64,000 bases of DNA, taken from Convolutriloba macropyga. Taxonomy: Eukaryota. The translations under genes were made by a program, and so were the position numbers. The stretch lies in contig NC_134480.1 in NCBI RefSeq assembly GCF_964194025.1, forward strand, positions 44,268,001-44,332,000. The letters run 5' to 3'. Below, piece after piece: positions 37,401 to 49,866 of this stretch (position 1 is its first letter; every line of letters begins with the position of its first letter). Below the pieces are notes generated by a model. It was not told where the DNA came from. It saw nothing but the letters and a program-made list of their open reading frames with translations, and did not search any database.

Positions 37401-40400
37401 ATCTGGACTTGATATGCCTTTTTAAGACATGCATGAAATTGACTTCTCTTGTAAAAATTCAAACACCTGTGTAATAGATTCCAAGATTTCCTGAAAATTC
37501 TTGCCGAGACTTCCTTTCTTGGTACCCATGAAAAGATTTATTTTTTTTGGCAGGTTTGGGTTACGTTTCCCTGTAAGATAGCAGCCGTTTTGCTAGGATA
37601 GCGGATATTTAGATTTTAAAAATGTATCGGTGACCTATCTGAGCCGAAGATTGGCTCAGATATAAGACCTGCAAACAAATGCAGCTAGATTTGCCGATGA
37701 AATTTAATATTGATTTTTGCTTTTAACTTCGTTGAGTTATCACGTTCCGCCTTGTTAATCTGGATTTAAGAGTTACCCCGTCATCTTCCTGTTAATGCGA
37801 AATAAGCATTCGAAAGTCTGTTTCATCAGCATTAAGTACATATAATCATGAAGGTTGATTATAGCAACAGTTAGTATTTGGAATTAGCTTGTAAACAAAA
37901 TTTCGTAAAAAATTTCAATGTAACTTCAATTTACTCAATGAAATCATCATTTTGTTGAGCAAAATTAATTTATCGGAAAAAAACATGAGTGTGAAATTAA
38001 ATAATTATATTGGCCATATCCAAGATTGATCAAAGGTAATGATTTTTTCTTCAAAATAATTGATTCTGAATGGTTGCAAGAAATCATAGCATTGAATCTG
38101 GACTTGATATGCCTTTTTAAGACATGCATGAAATTGACTTCTCTTGTAAAAATTCAAACACCTGTGTAATAGATTCCAAGATTTCCTGAAAATTCTTGCC
38201 GAGACTTCCTTTCTTGGTACCCATGAAAAGATTTATTTTTTTTGGCAGGTTTGGGTTACGTTTCCCTGTAAGATAGCAGCCGTTTTGCTAGGGGATATTT
38301 CGATTAAGGTTATGATCAGAAGTTTTATTGAGTCTTACAGGGTTCGAGCTCGTTTGTTTCCAATTTTTGTGCAAATACCATTTGGTAAATAGGGAATATC
38401 TAAAAACCGTGTTGGAATCTTTTCTAGGTACTCAAATCCCACGAGATGGGAGAGCAATTGACATTGGAGCTGGAACTGGTCTGAGTGGTCAAGCTCTTAG
38501 AGACATTGGATTCACTGGACAGATTGATGCTCTGGAACCAACTGAGAACATGTTTGTGCAAGCACAACCCAAAAACATCTTCACACTCTGGTATCACGAA
38601 CTCTTGTTGGAGAATAAAGTGAGATGATATTGGTTAATTTATAGGCAAATTTGATATTTTTGTCTTCTGTCTACACCGAGATTATTGGGATATAAAATTG
38701 ATGAATGAACTGAGGAAGATTAAATCCTGGATCGTGGAAAATTTTAAAACTTTTACTATGCTCAAAATAAAATTTTGATTTCAACAACTTGAATGAATAT
38801 TTGTACTTTGTTTGCAATGATTGTTTGTTTTAGGAAACAAGTGTCCCGAGCAATACGTACGACCTTGTCTACTCAGTGGGCGTCTTTAGCGACAGATCAG
38901 CAAAGTAAAAATCTTTTAATCAGTTCCTCTTTAGAATGTGGCAAGCAATAATACTGCTTATTTAAAAAGCTGAATTGAAAAATTTAGCTACAAAGATGAA
39001 TAGTTTTTCGTTCTCTACCATATTGCGACTACAATTTGGATAGTTTATAAATGCGGCCAACAGTTTAATTGTTCCCCTCAGAGGGTATTTATCAATCAAA
39101 CACGGTTTTTCTCAGCCAAATTTGAACAATTGCTATAGTTCAGAAAAAAAGATAACTACGAGTTCATAGAAGGCCTGACCAGCGTAGTGTATTTCAATCG
39201 TGGGACTTTTGTTTCAGACGAGTTTTCTTTCAACTTCTGTTCATTTGTCTGAGCTGTAACATATAAAAAAGATATATCATACACTTAAGTCGTTTTCAAT
39301 TTCAACTGCTGTTTTTAGCTTTTAAAATTTTTAGCACATCCAGGCAAGTGATTTTTTGTCAGCGAAAGCATACCAAAATCCAACAAAAATTTGTCGCACA
39401 ATTATCAAATAGCTGTTGCTAAATTTCTTCAGTTGTGTTTCAAAACTAACATCTGGAAACCACTGACAATATTATGTTATACAGCTGGTAGTTTAGTCAA
39501 TTTTTCTAAACTTCTAATTTTTAAAGAATCATTTGTTCCAAACCTTAAGCAATCATTTCAAAAACTAAAAACAATTGGACTTTTTTATTGACTTTTTTTC
39601 TTATCAAATTGTGTAGATGTTTTGCTCTCTCCTATCAATTGCGCTCCAAAAAAACTGTTCTCAATTAGCCAAGCTCTTACTTCCTGGGTATACTGTGTTG
39701 CTGTTCGGCATCAAAAACATAACCAAATTTTTTCAGAAAAAATTTCCTTTTTCGTTTTTTGGTGAATTTTAGAAGTTATTCTGCTGCTTGCACCGCATAT
39801 CAATAAAAAATTCGATAAATATGAGCCCAGTAATACAAGTAATCTCTGGTATGTAGACATTATGTTTTTATCCATTTTTTTCAGAATTATGTCCTTGTAT
39901 TTTCATCTCTAGAGTACATTATTCTCATCTTCCTTCTAAACACAATTTCTGATGTTTGTTTCCAAAGTTTGTGGTAATTATTTTTCGCCTGACCAATTGT
40001 TCTTGTGACCTTGTTGACTTTTAGTCTTCAAAAAATATTGAACCGGTAAAGCCCGGAGGGCAATAGCAGCTCTCTCAGGCTCTCAAAGCCTTATTCTTTA
40101 GTATTCTCTAAGTATGTGACTCACCAAAACTGTTTTAAGGAGACGATTTCTTAGTGTGAAGGGCGGTTCTTAATCTTAAAAGTTTGACCCCCGCAGTCAA
40201 CTATTTACTTTGGCTTATCTTATGTTTAATATTTTTGGATTTGCGTTTTCGAGCTTAATATAAATCAATACTGAAAACTCAGAAAGATACAAATTGGTGA
40301 CACAACCGTAAGATCATATAATCACACAACGGTCATATTGCTACAATATTTCAATTTTTTATTATCACAAAAATATGTCACAAATTTTCAGTATTAATAG

Positions 40401-41150
40401 ATTTTTATAAATGAATTTGAAGGTGTAAAAATACTGAAAATTTGAAACTCTGTCGTTTTGTGGAAGTGGACATCATGGCCCATCAAAATTTTATTCTGTG
40501 CAGACCAAAACCAGTCTGTTTTTCAGTCTGAGAAAAAAAAATCAGAGACAGTTTCTGAAATTTAAAATTATCAGGTTATAAAATTCCCTGTCCAGAAATC
40601 TTGAAATACAAAAAATCATATTAAGAATTTACCGATTCAGTGCTGAATTGTACTTCGGGTGAACTCCGAGGATATATTGACTCAACGTTAGTCTGTTTAA
40701 TTGCTCTCAAAGGAAGTTGCTCTCACAGCTATTATATCGGTCCTGTGGTCTTTCTATGCGATTTTTCGCTGTGCAATTTTTCCTAACCCTTCTTAAATTC
40801 TGGACATAATATCATCCGCCTGGGACTGTCTGAATATATACTCTTTTCCTCTGGGGCAGTCTGGTCATACCGTTTTGCGTCTGGGACCTCAGCCTGGGTT
40901 TGGCCGAGCCTCGACTTGGGTACACTTTAATTTTAGGAGCGGATGCTTGAAGGAACTAGTTCGACTAGTTAAGCCAGGCGGACACATAGCAGTGAACTGT
41001 CTCAAGAGATTCTGGCATGGATACCTGGAAGTAGCAGCCCACAATCTCCAAGGAGAGGGAAAAATTGAAATCAAACACGTGGAGTTATTTGAAAAGTTTC
41101 ACCACCATACTAAATCTGTTACAGTAATTCTTCAGAAAAATTGTAAATAA
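34495..41150 (+). CDS. Class I SAM-dependent methyltransferase, METTL27/WBSCR27-like, paralogue B; join(34495..34690,38428..38618,38834..38904,40937..41150), 223 aa
   Basis: Exons of 196/191/71/214 nt with canonical GT-AG sites and the same phases as paralogue A. Motifs DIGAGTG, TYDLVYSVGVFS, LVRLVKPGGHIAV. Acceptor TTTCCAG ending at 34475 precedes the ATG. ATTAAA at 41184-41189. Confidence 0.88.
34838..35421. mobile_element. Non-autonomous CMC/EnSpm-like element with GCGGTGAA internal motifs (intron 1 of paralogue B)
   Basis: TA|CCCGGTTTGAGGT ... ACCTCAACCTGGG|TA, with many GCGGTGAA/TTCACCGC motifs. Confidence 0.7.
36912..38300 (+). repeat. 695-bp tandem duplication in intron 1 of paralogue B
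   Basis: Copies start at 36912 and 37607, are near-identical, and overlap by an ATTT microhomology at the junction. Confidence 0.92.
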
Positions 41151-41334
41151 TGATCACAATTATGAAAACTCAGAAGAAGTTCAATTAAACAGTTGTAATT
41201 TCAGCTCATCAATTTGTCAACTTTGATTGGTTTTCTATCTAAATTAATCCTTTTCAAAGTTTACTATTGACAGTCAGTATAATTAACTGTCCATATTAAC
41301 GCTCCACCCACCCCCCCCCCCCGTCAAAATCAGT

Positions 41335-43308
41335 CGGTTATCTTGCAAGATCTTACAATATTATTGCAAGCTAACCGTTTAACTTGTAAGATTCTTGCAA
41401 GTTAAGCGTCTTGCAAGAAGCGCCGGAAACCTGCCTTTAGCTGCTGCATAGGTCTCTTTAGCTTCTCTGAAGATTAGATTATAGGATTCGACCTACTCTC
41501 TATCCTCCAAAAAAGAGAAACCCTAAAATTTCTTGGGACGGACAGGACCGAGTTAATGAAAACGAATTGATCCCGAGCAGGCATAAAGCTTCAAAGTTAA
41601 GTCTAAATTGGGCAACCTGGGTACTGGTCAAGTCTAACTGCAAGTCTAAGTATATCACCAGTACTGGTTCAGAAATATGAACATTTTACATTTGCCAGTC
41701 TGCACAGGTTGTCAGAATTGTCGGACTTGAATTTAGGCTTGCCCATAGTACTGATAAAGAATTGGAGTTCGGTACGAGAATAAACGGACGGATAGGGATA
41801 GAGATGAGTGTACCTGATCCTAGGTTGACATTTAGAATCAATCGCCAGCTATCAAAGTCGAGATGGACTGTTGTTGTACCTTTGAACGACTGCCGATCAA
41901 TATGGTTTGCCAAAATGATCAGTTTGTCCAAAAAATTGATTTGTCGCAATCTTACTCAACTTCTCTTGAGTTATTCGCTTCATAAGGTACAAAGCTTCAA
42001 TTAAATTTTTAAAGTAAACCTCATTTTGGTCTGCAAAAGGGACATGATTCAAAACCATTAATAGCCATTTTCACGTTACTGATATGATCTTGTTAATCGT
42101 CAAGTTAATGGTCAAGTTTTACGCGCACAATTTTAACTACTCTAGTGATTAGTGAATTTATAACTTGCAAGAATCTTACAGGCTGATTCAAAACTTTTAA
42201 GGTTCTTGCAAGAACGCCACAAGACATCAATCAAGGCAAAAAACAATCAGGTTACAAATGTTTCAGGAAACATCTTTGAAGCAAATGATTGTTTATTAAA
42301 CAAAGTACAAAACCAAATTCATTGAAATAATTTTAAGCCCGTACTCAAAATCTTGCAAGACTCTTGCAAGTTTTTGAATTCTGGAAAGCTTATTTGTGTA
42401 TTTTTGGTAGCTAAAACTAACTGAAAACTAAATTAAATGACTGATACCAGACTTCTTGATCAGCAGAAATGAAACTAAACGACTTTTTTCGTAAACGCTT
42501 TTTGATTGTGAAATATTGCAAGAATCTTGAGAGTTTCTTGCAAGATTTTGAGTTAGTATCTAATTTTTTGACAAATAACTTGAGACGGCCAAATCCTTCT
42601 CTTTAATGTTCAATTTTTCTAAAAAACGACGAAAACAAACACTTCACTTTCAATCTTTCTCTCATTTTTTGTCAGTGATCATATTGGTATTTGAGCATTT
42701 TTTTGTAGTCGTTAAATTTATTCTGATTGATTTTTGGTCTAATTATTGTCCTATTGAGATTTAAGTGAACCTATTTGATGACTTCAGTTGATAGCTATTG
42801 GTGTTAATGTTCGCTATATTGTTTTCATATTGATTTCTTTCGTCTGGTTTAACGTTTTGTTTGTTTCGTAGAACTGGGTAATTGCGGTTTTTTATTGTAC
42901 TGAATCAGTACTCCTATATTTTAGTTTAGTAACGCCGCCACTGCCGGTCCGCAGCGCGGAGTGAAAAAGGAGGGGGATGAATCACAAAAATCATACTTGA
43001 AAATCTCGAAAAATTCGGTTTTTTAACTAGAGGTAATTAGATTTTCCGACAGTTCCTTAACTATTTCAACTCGATCAACCAACAAGTGCAGCCATGTAAT
43101 CAAGTAAAAAATCGAAGAGTTCAAAATCTTGAAAGAAACTTGCAATATGGATTCATAATCTTGCAATATACTTGCAAGTTGGATTCATGATCTTAAAAGA
43201 TTCTTGCAAGATGATTCAAATCTTGTAAGAATCTTGCAAGCAGCTTGCAAGTAGATTGTATTCCCTTGCAAGTTTCTTGCAAGATTTTGAATTCTTTGAT
43301 CACTAGGG
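41335..43308. repeat. Cluster of CTTGCAAG-motif MITE-like elements
   Basis: Palindromic TCTTGCAAGA motifs at ~41340-41420, 42160-42215, 42350-42370, 42515-42545 and 43110-43308. The last has inverted ends and terminates in CACTAGGG. Confidence 0.55.
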
Positions 43309-44160
43309 CAGCTAGCTCATCCAAAACCTATGCCACGAACCTCTTCGTGTTTAACTGTCTGGGCATTAACGCGCACCTCGACATTGGTTGTTGGTTTATT
43401 TCCAGTATATTGTATACAACAGAAAACAAACACGTGTAAACAAGTTTCAGCTAAGACTGTTATTTGTTTCCATTTAAACCACAGTAAAAACTGGACTGAG
43501 ATTATGCTTTGAGGTTTTGAAAAATATGTACTGAATGTCAAAAGTGAGTTAGCAACCCCAGTTTTCATGAAGAAAGAATTCATTTTTTGAAATCTTACTC
43601 CAATATAAAATAAAATTTCAAAAAAACTGTACATCACGGAACCCATGAACTAGTCTTCTTGTCTACCTAACAAATTCAGACAAAACGCAAGGTCAACATA
43701 CCAGACATCCCGTTAAAAATTTGATGAACTCCGTCCAAATTTCACAGTAGAAACAAAATTACCTTGAATATCCCGGAATTGAACGTTGTGTTATAATCAA
43801 ATCTAATGGCTAAGCACGAGGACTAGAATAGGGAATCAATTGCGTAATAATTTTTTTCGAAGTTTGCTATTATGTTTGAGTAATTTTTCTAGAAAACAGA
43901 AATTTTGTGGCAGGAGGCAGGGGATTGAACTTGATCGATCATTGACGTGTCAGTTATAAATCTTCCCCATCGACTATCTTATTGACCACATCTGATTTTT
44001 AGGTTAAAAAGATGATGATAACGCCAACACAAAATTAGCCTTAGAATCAAATTCAATTTTGTTGCAATTATTTGTTTAAAAAATCAATGGAGTTAATGAG
44101 GTAAGTTTATTTTGGTTTGTGCAATTTTCAAGTTTTTCGATATTCTTACTAAAACATCAC

Positions 44161-47100
44161 ATCCTCCTTCAGATTTTAATTACGTTTGTGGGAAATTTAT
44201 CTCCAAATCTTTTTGGTTTTTTTCTATTTTTGCTGAAGTACGTTAAAATGTTGATGGCTGAGGACATGGTTGCTAATAAGTCATTGTTGTTATAAAAGTC
44301 ATACCTCTGTATTCTGAATTTGTGACCCTGAGTAAGATTTGGTCTCCTCATTTTGTGGTTCAGTTTTCCCAATATCCTAATCTAGTTTCCAAAACAGCTG
44401 TCGCCCACGAATTTAATCTGATCTAGTTTTCAGTTTGAATCAAAGAAGGATTCAAGCCAGTCCTGATAACAGAGGTCACGGGAACCGTCTTCGTTTCTGC
44501 TTTTCCACTGAAGACAACATGCTGGCACAGACCGGAATCAAAATTTGCTGGAAGTCTGATTCTGCATCCCAGCATTAGCGTTACAACTGGAGTTTGATGA
44601 GTCGCCTTTGGAGTTTTCAGATGAGTCATAACCCTATTGCAGGATTGCCCCAAATAATAAGTTGAGATTGGAAAGACCTCTTCCTCCTCGCCTTCTGAAC
44701 TTCTAATTCAGCTTTTGAATTTGCCGTTGATTAACAGAGAGGTTAATCGATCTTCTATTTTAATAATAATTAATAATAATTCCTTTGAGAGTTTCCTTAG
44801 AATAATAACGACCTCCACTTGCAAATCCAAAAGATTTATCTGACAATGAGTTCTTTTTTGCGCTGCGAGAGCTTCCATGCATTTTTAATCCTCATCAACA
44901 ATTACCAATACATTATCTAAGCCCTTTATACAACCCAATTCATGTTGAGCCGTTCCTATCCGCCGTCCCATCCGCCCGCCGGCCGCGTGGAAAACGTTTT
45001 TCCCTACGGTAGGCCTGTTCAATTGACAACACTTACGACTACTAACGGAATGTTGAAAGTCGTTTGTAATACCAGCCGTGTTAATATTCTGACTGAATCT
45101 GCAGTTTCATTCTTCCAGGATGTGTCGCATTTGAATAAGAATTTTTTACCATATTGTTACCAATTTCTATTAAACCTTGTTTACAAATGCCAGTTTTGAT
45201 TGGTGTCTTATAATAGCATAGTTGGTTTGTTCCAATTTCCGTTATGATTTCTGTTTGATAAACCATAATGAGCAAAACAAACGTTGCTGATCGAGAAGCT
45301 CACTCAATTGCTGACGTTCGTCGAAGTCTGTCCTGGGCAAAAAACCAACGTGTGCTACCTTGCCGCCATTTATGTCCTTACACTGAAAGTCGAAGCACAC
45401 TAGTGCATTGGCAATTTTTTTATTTTAGCTGATGCTGTCTTTGAGATCTCCTCGACGGTTAAAGAAATCTAAACTCTCCAAAGTTTAATTTGCGTTAAAT
45501 TTAAATTTATGACCAGAAAGAAAAAGTCAGTGCTTCTCCTCTATATTTGAGTAGTTCTCTCCGATTATAGACAATATTTGTACTTATACAACTAAACATC
45601 TTTCTTCTGAAAGAAAATCTAACTCTGCCAATTGTCATTTCAGAACCATCAATAGTAACAATACCCTTCTTTTTAAAACCGTAAAGCTGTAACTGTGAGT
45701 TACCAAAATTGTTGTTTGAAAGCTTATTGTTTCAGTTTTCCTATGATTAATCGCTAATTCTCATGTCACTGAGGAGTAATAGTTTTGTTGAAGAAATGTG
45801 AGAGACTAATACAGGGAATTTTATTAGCCAGCCAAAGATTTGAGTTCTTTTGTGTTTGTTGGTTCAAAATTTTTTTATCCGGTGCTATTCCTCATTCATT
45901 AATTGAATGCACTATATATTTATCTTTTTAAATTTGACTTTTTCGTATTTATGTTGAATCTTCTGCTCACAAAATTAATTCTTGGTTGTCTATCTATTTC
46001 AAAATCCTCCTTTTTTAGTTCCGTTGGCCAATTAGTCGACTTGGATTGTCAAAACTCCATAAAACCATTTGAGTTTTATTCTAGACGTTTTTGAAAAACT
46101 GAAAATGAGTATTCCAGTTTCCTGAGATAGTCGGCGCATCTTGAACTCATGCTAATAGGTACTATTTAATCAAAAGTCCATTACCTCCTCGTTGAGTTCA
46201 CTTTTGATAAATGGCGTCCGAGAATACAATAATGCCAAAATATTAGACCCCAGGAAGATTATGGAAGATTGTCTCCATGTCTGGAATACGATAACCCTCA
46301 ATTAAAGCCTTGCCTTTGATATGCATTCTCAAGTCGACTAAAGGTCTCAGTTTTCCGCTCTCCTTCGTTTTTCACTCGAATGGTGATGCATTATAGACTC
46401 CTAAATACTGCAAATGCTTAATGGTGTTCTTTCGGACATCCCAATCTAGTTTTTTTGTGAAATTTTCTATAAAAAAATGAGATATATTCATGGCTTTGCA
46501 AAACAGCAATTGAGTTGCTCGCATCATTTTCACATGAGCTTTGCTGTGCTTGGCTGCAGACAAGTGTTCGATTCTGAAGTTGTTCACGCATGCAATCGAC
46601 CTTCTTTACCTGGTTGCGCAAATGCTAGTTGTTTTGTGTGTGTCGTTACTTACAAATCCCAAAGCTTTATCTTGAACCCTCGTCAACAAATACTAATAAA
46701 TTCTCTTAGTCCTTTATTCAACCCAATTCATGTTGAGCTGTTCCCATCCGCCGTCCCATCCGCCCGCCGGCCGCGTAGAAAAGGTTTTTCCCTATGTTAG
46801 GCCTGTTCAATTGACAATTCTTACGATTACTAACGGAATGTTGAAAGTCGTGGGTAATGCCCGCCTAGCGTGCTAATATTCTGACTGACTCTGCAGTTTC
46901 ATTCTTCCAGGATGTGTCGCATTTGAATAAGAAATTTTACCCTATTGTTTCCAATCTCTGTTAAACCTTGTTTACAAATGCCAGTTTTGATTGGTGTCTT
47001 ATAATAGCATAGTCGGTTTGTTCCAAATTCCGTTATGATTTCTTTTTGATAAACCAGAAAGTCGAAATCTTTTCTGGGCAAAGAACCAGCGTGTGTTATC

Positions 47101-49215
47101 TTGCCACAATATGTGTCCTTACACTGAAAGTCAATGCAGACTAGGGCATGGGCATTTTTTTATTTTAGCTGATGCTGTCTTCGAGATCTCCTCGACGGTT
47201 AAAGAAATATAACCTCTTCAAAGGTGAATTTGCGTCAAGTTTATGACCACAAAGAAAAAAGTCTGTGCTTCTCTTCTATAATTGAGTAGTTCTCTCCGAT
47301 TATAGACAATATTTGTACTTATACAACTAAACATCTTTCTTCTGAAAAAAAATCTAACTCTGCCAATTGTCATTTCAGAACCATCAATAGTAACAATACC
47401 CTTCTTTTTAAAACCATAAAGCTGTAACTGTGAGTTACCAAAACTGGTGTTTGAAAGCATATTGTTTCAGTTTTTCCTATGCTGAATCGCTATTTCTCAT
47501 GTCACTGAGGAGTAGTAGTTTTGAAAATTGTGAGAGACTAACCCGTAGAAATTCATTAGCCAGCCAAAGATTCGAGTTTTTTTTTGTTTGTTGGTTGGTA
47601 CTTTGACATTTTTCTTCAATTTTTTTTATCTGGTGCTATTCCTTCTTCATTAATTGAATGCACTAAACATTTATCTTTTTAAATTTGACTTTTTCGTATT
47701 TATGTTGAATCGTCTGCTCACAAAATTAATTCTTGGTTGTCTATCTATTTCAAAATCCTCCTTTTCTAGTTCCGTTGGCCAATTAGTCGGCTTGGATTGT
47801 CAAAACGCCATAAAATCATTTGAGTTTTTTTAGACTTTTCTGAAAAACTGAAGAAGAGTATTCCAGTTTCCTGAGGTAGTCAGCGCATTTTGAATTCATG
47901 CTAATAAGTACTAATAAAGCATAAGTCCATTACCTCCTCGTTGAGTTCACTTTCGATACTTGGCGTCCGAGAAGACAGTAATGCCAAAAGAATAGACACC
48001 AGGAAGATTATGAAAGGTTGTCTCCATGTCTGAAATACAATAGTCCTCACGCATACCTTGCCATTGATATGCACTCTCGACTAAAGGTCTCAGTTCTCCG
48101 CTCTCCTTCAATCGTCAACCATATGGTGATGCATTGGAGACTCCTAAGTGCTCCTAAGTGCGCAACTGCTAATTATTTTTTGTGCCTATTTCCGTTACGC
48201 TCAACCCTACTATCACTTCATCCCAAATGATGACCATCGTTATCTTTGAAGTGTCTTGTTGAAGTGTCTTGTTGAAGTATCATCTAACTGCAGTTTACCA
48301 AGCTCAGACTATCTTTTAGGTTTCAGTGCTATTCGGTCTTTAAAAAATATTGCCACCGCTCATCTCAAGGACGTTTGTATTGTCAAGTTAGTTTCCTTTT
48401 CACCAAAGTAACAACATTTTCTATATTTGCCTGAGTTTTGTTGGAATTTGCCTCTATACATTTTTAAGAAGTTTCCCGCCCTTTCAAAGCCGAAGCTTTT
48501 GATGTTTAGAGCAAGACAAGGATTACTATGTGTAGCTTACCTCCATACCTAGTGCAAAGATTGTTGCTTTTGTTTGTTAACTGTAATTTTCTGTTTGGCT
48601 TGCGAAAGGCCTGCGGAAATGTACGCACCCTCTTATTCTATAATATAATATTTATTAACCGTTGAAAATCTTGCAAAAACTTCTGCCTGCCTCCTGTTGT
48701 GAAAATTAATGGCCAATTCAGCAGCATATATTGCTTGTTTTGATTTGAAACTGTCTGGTAGCTTACGTTTTATTTCAGGGTCTCTCAAACCTGAGACAAA
48801 TTTTGTTGTGATTTTAATGAAGTCACAATGACCTGCTTTTTCTGAAAACGTGCTAGGGTATCTTTGTATATTTCCACTACACCCTATATGACGGACAAAA
48901 ATTCAACCCCTTCTGTCGTAAGTATTCTGTCCTGAGGATAAGTATGATTTGAAATCGCTCATCTGATTTGATTAAACGGAGGGCCTAATAGCTTCTTAGG
49001 ACTCGTATTGCTCTAAAGTTTAAAAAGGTGCATCCTGCCATCACATACTAAGCAAAAGAGTTGTTACCTGTTGATCTACTATGACACAATTGGTGTTTTG
49101 AACTTGTCTTCTATCTTCTCTGGGCGACATTTCGTCACAAAAAGCGTCATCCGAGCAGTAGTTGACTCTGCATTCTGTAGATCCAGAACGTGTCGGTTGT
49201 TGGTCTAGACACCAT
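44161..49215 (-). mobile_element. Heavily decayed Ty3/Gypsy retrotransposon internal region with duplicated RT-RNase H
   Basis: Manual - strand translation gives gag FVSGLRDPEIKRKL (~48800), a degenerate knuckle (~48450-48560), RT NASP..KESGKLRPLVDLRMHI..YRIPDMETIFHNLPG..YFG (46200-46400 and again ~47900-48140), RNase H TIDGSEMTIG..REAQ, and integrase tail PVVTLMLGCRIRLP. PPT-like AAGGAGGA followed by TGTGATG at 44161. Paired LTRs not confirmed. Confidence 0.75.
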
Positions 49216-49866
49216 TATCGTGGTCTCTAACACTGGCAAATCTTTAAATATATTGAATTTTAACAAAAATTTTGAACAAAAAATGTACAAAAAGTGCTCA
49301 TATATGTAGTAATTATCTATGCAAAACAATACAGATAGATTAAACGATTTAGATTAGCTAAAGATAGCTTGCATGGTTGACATACGAAAAGACTCTAGTT
49401 CGGAATGATCGTCGGTTGAAGCGCCTGTTGAAGCATTGTCTGACAGGAAAATTGTGATAGGACAATTGAACAACTTCCAGTCCAGGGTAAGTTGGACTGT
49501 GGCAGTTCGTTCACTGCTCTAAGAAGAGATAGTGCCAAAATAAACTCAAAAAAGATTTGATAAGTAAAAATGAAAATTGCTATTAATGGCGATTAAAACA
49601 GAGAACCAATAATAATGAGGCTGACGAAAAATTTTTCATTCATCATATTTAAAGTGCCAATCAAAACCATTATAATCATAAATCGTTAATTAGATGCAGT
49701 AGTATTGAAAATAAAATATATTAAATCTGCACATAACATTTAATTTTATCCGATTGAATCTAAAAACAGTCCATGATAGTTAATTACAAACAGCTTGTTT
49801 TACGTACCAATTATGTTAATGTATACTGCAGTTTTACTAAGGTTAATATTTGAACATATTTTTTTC

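Noticed and set aside
41450-42000. Fragment resembling a second Gypsy integrase tail
   Set aside because: Similarity too weak to call by eye.
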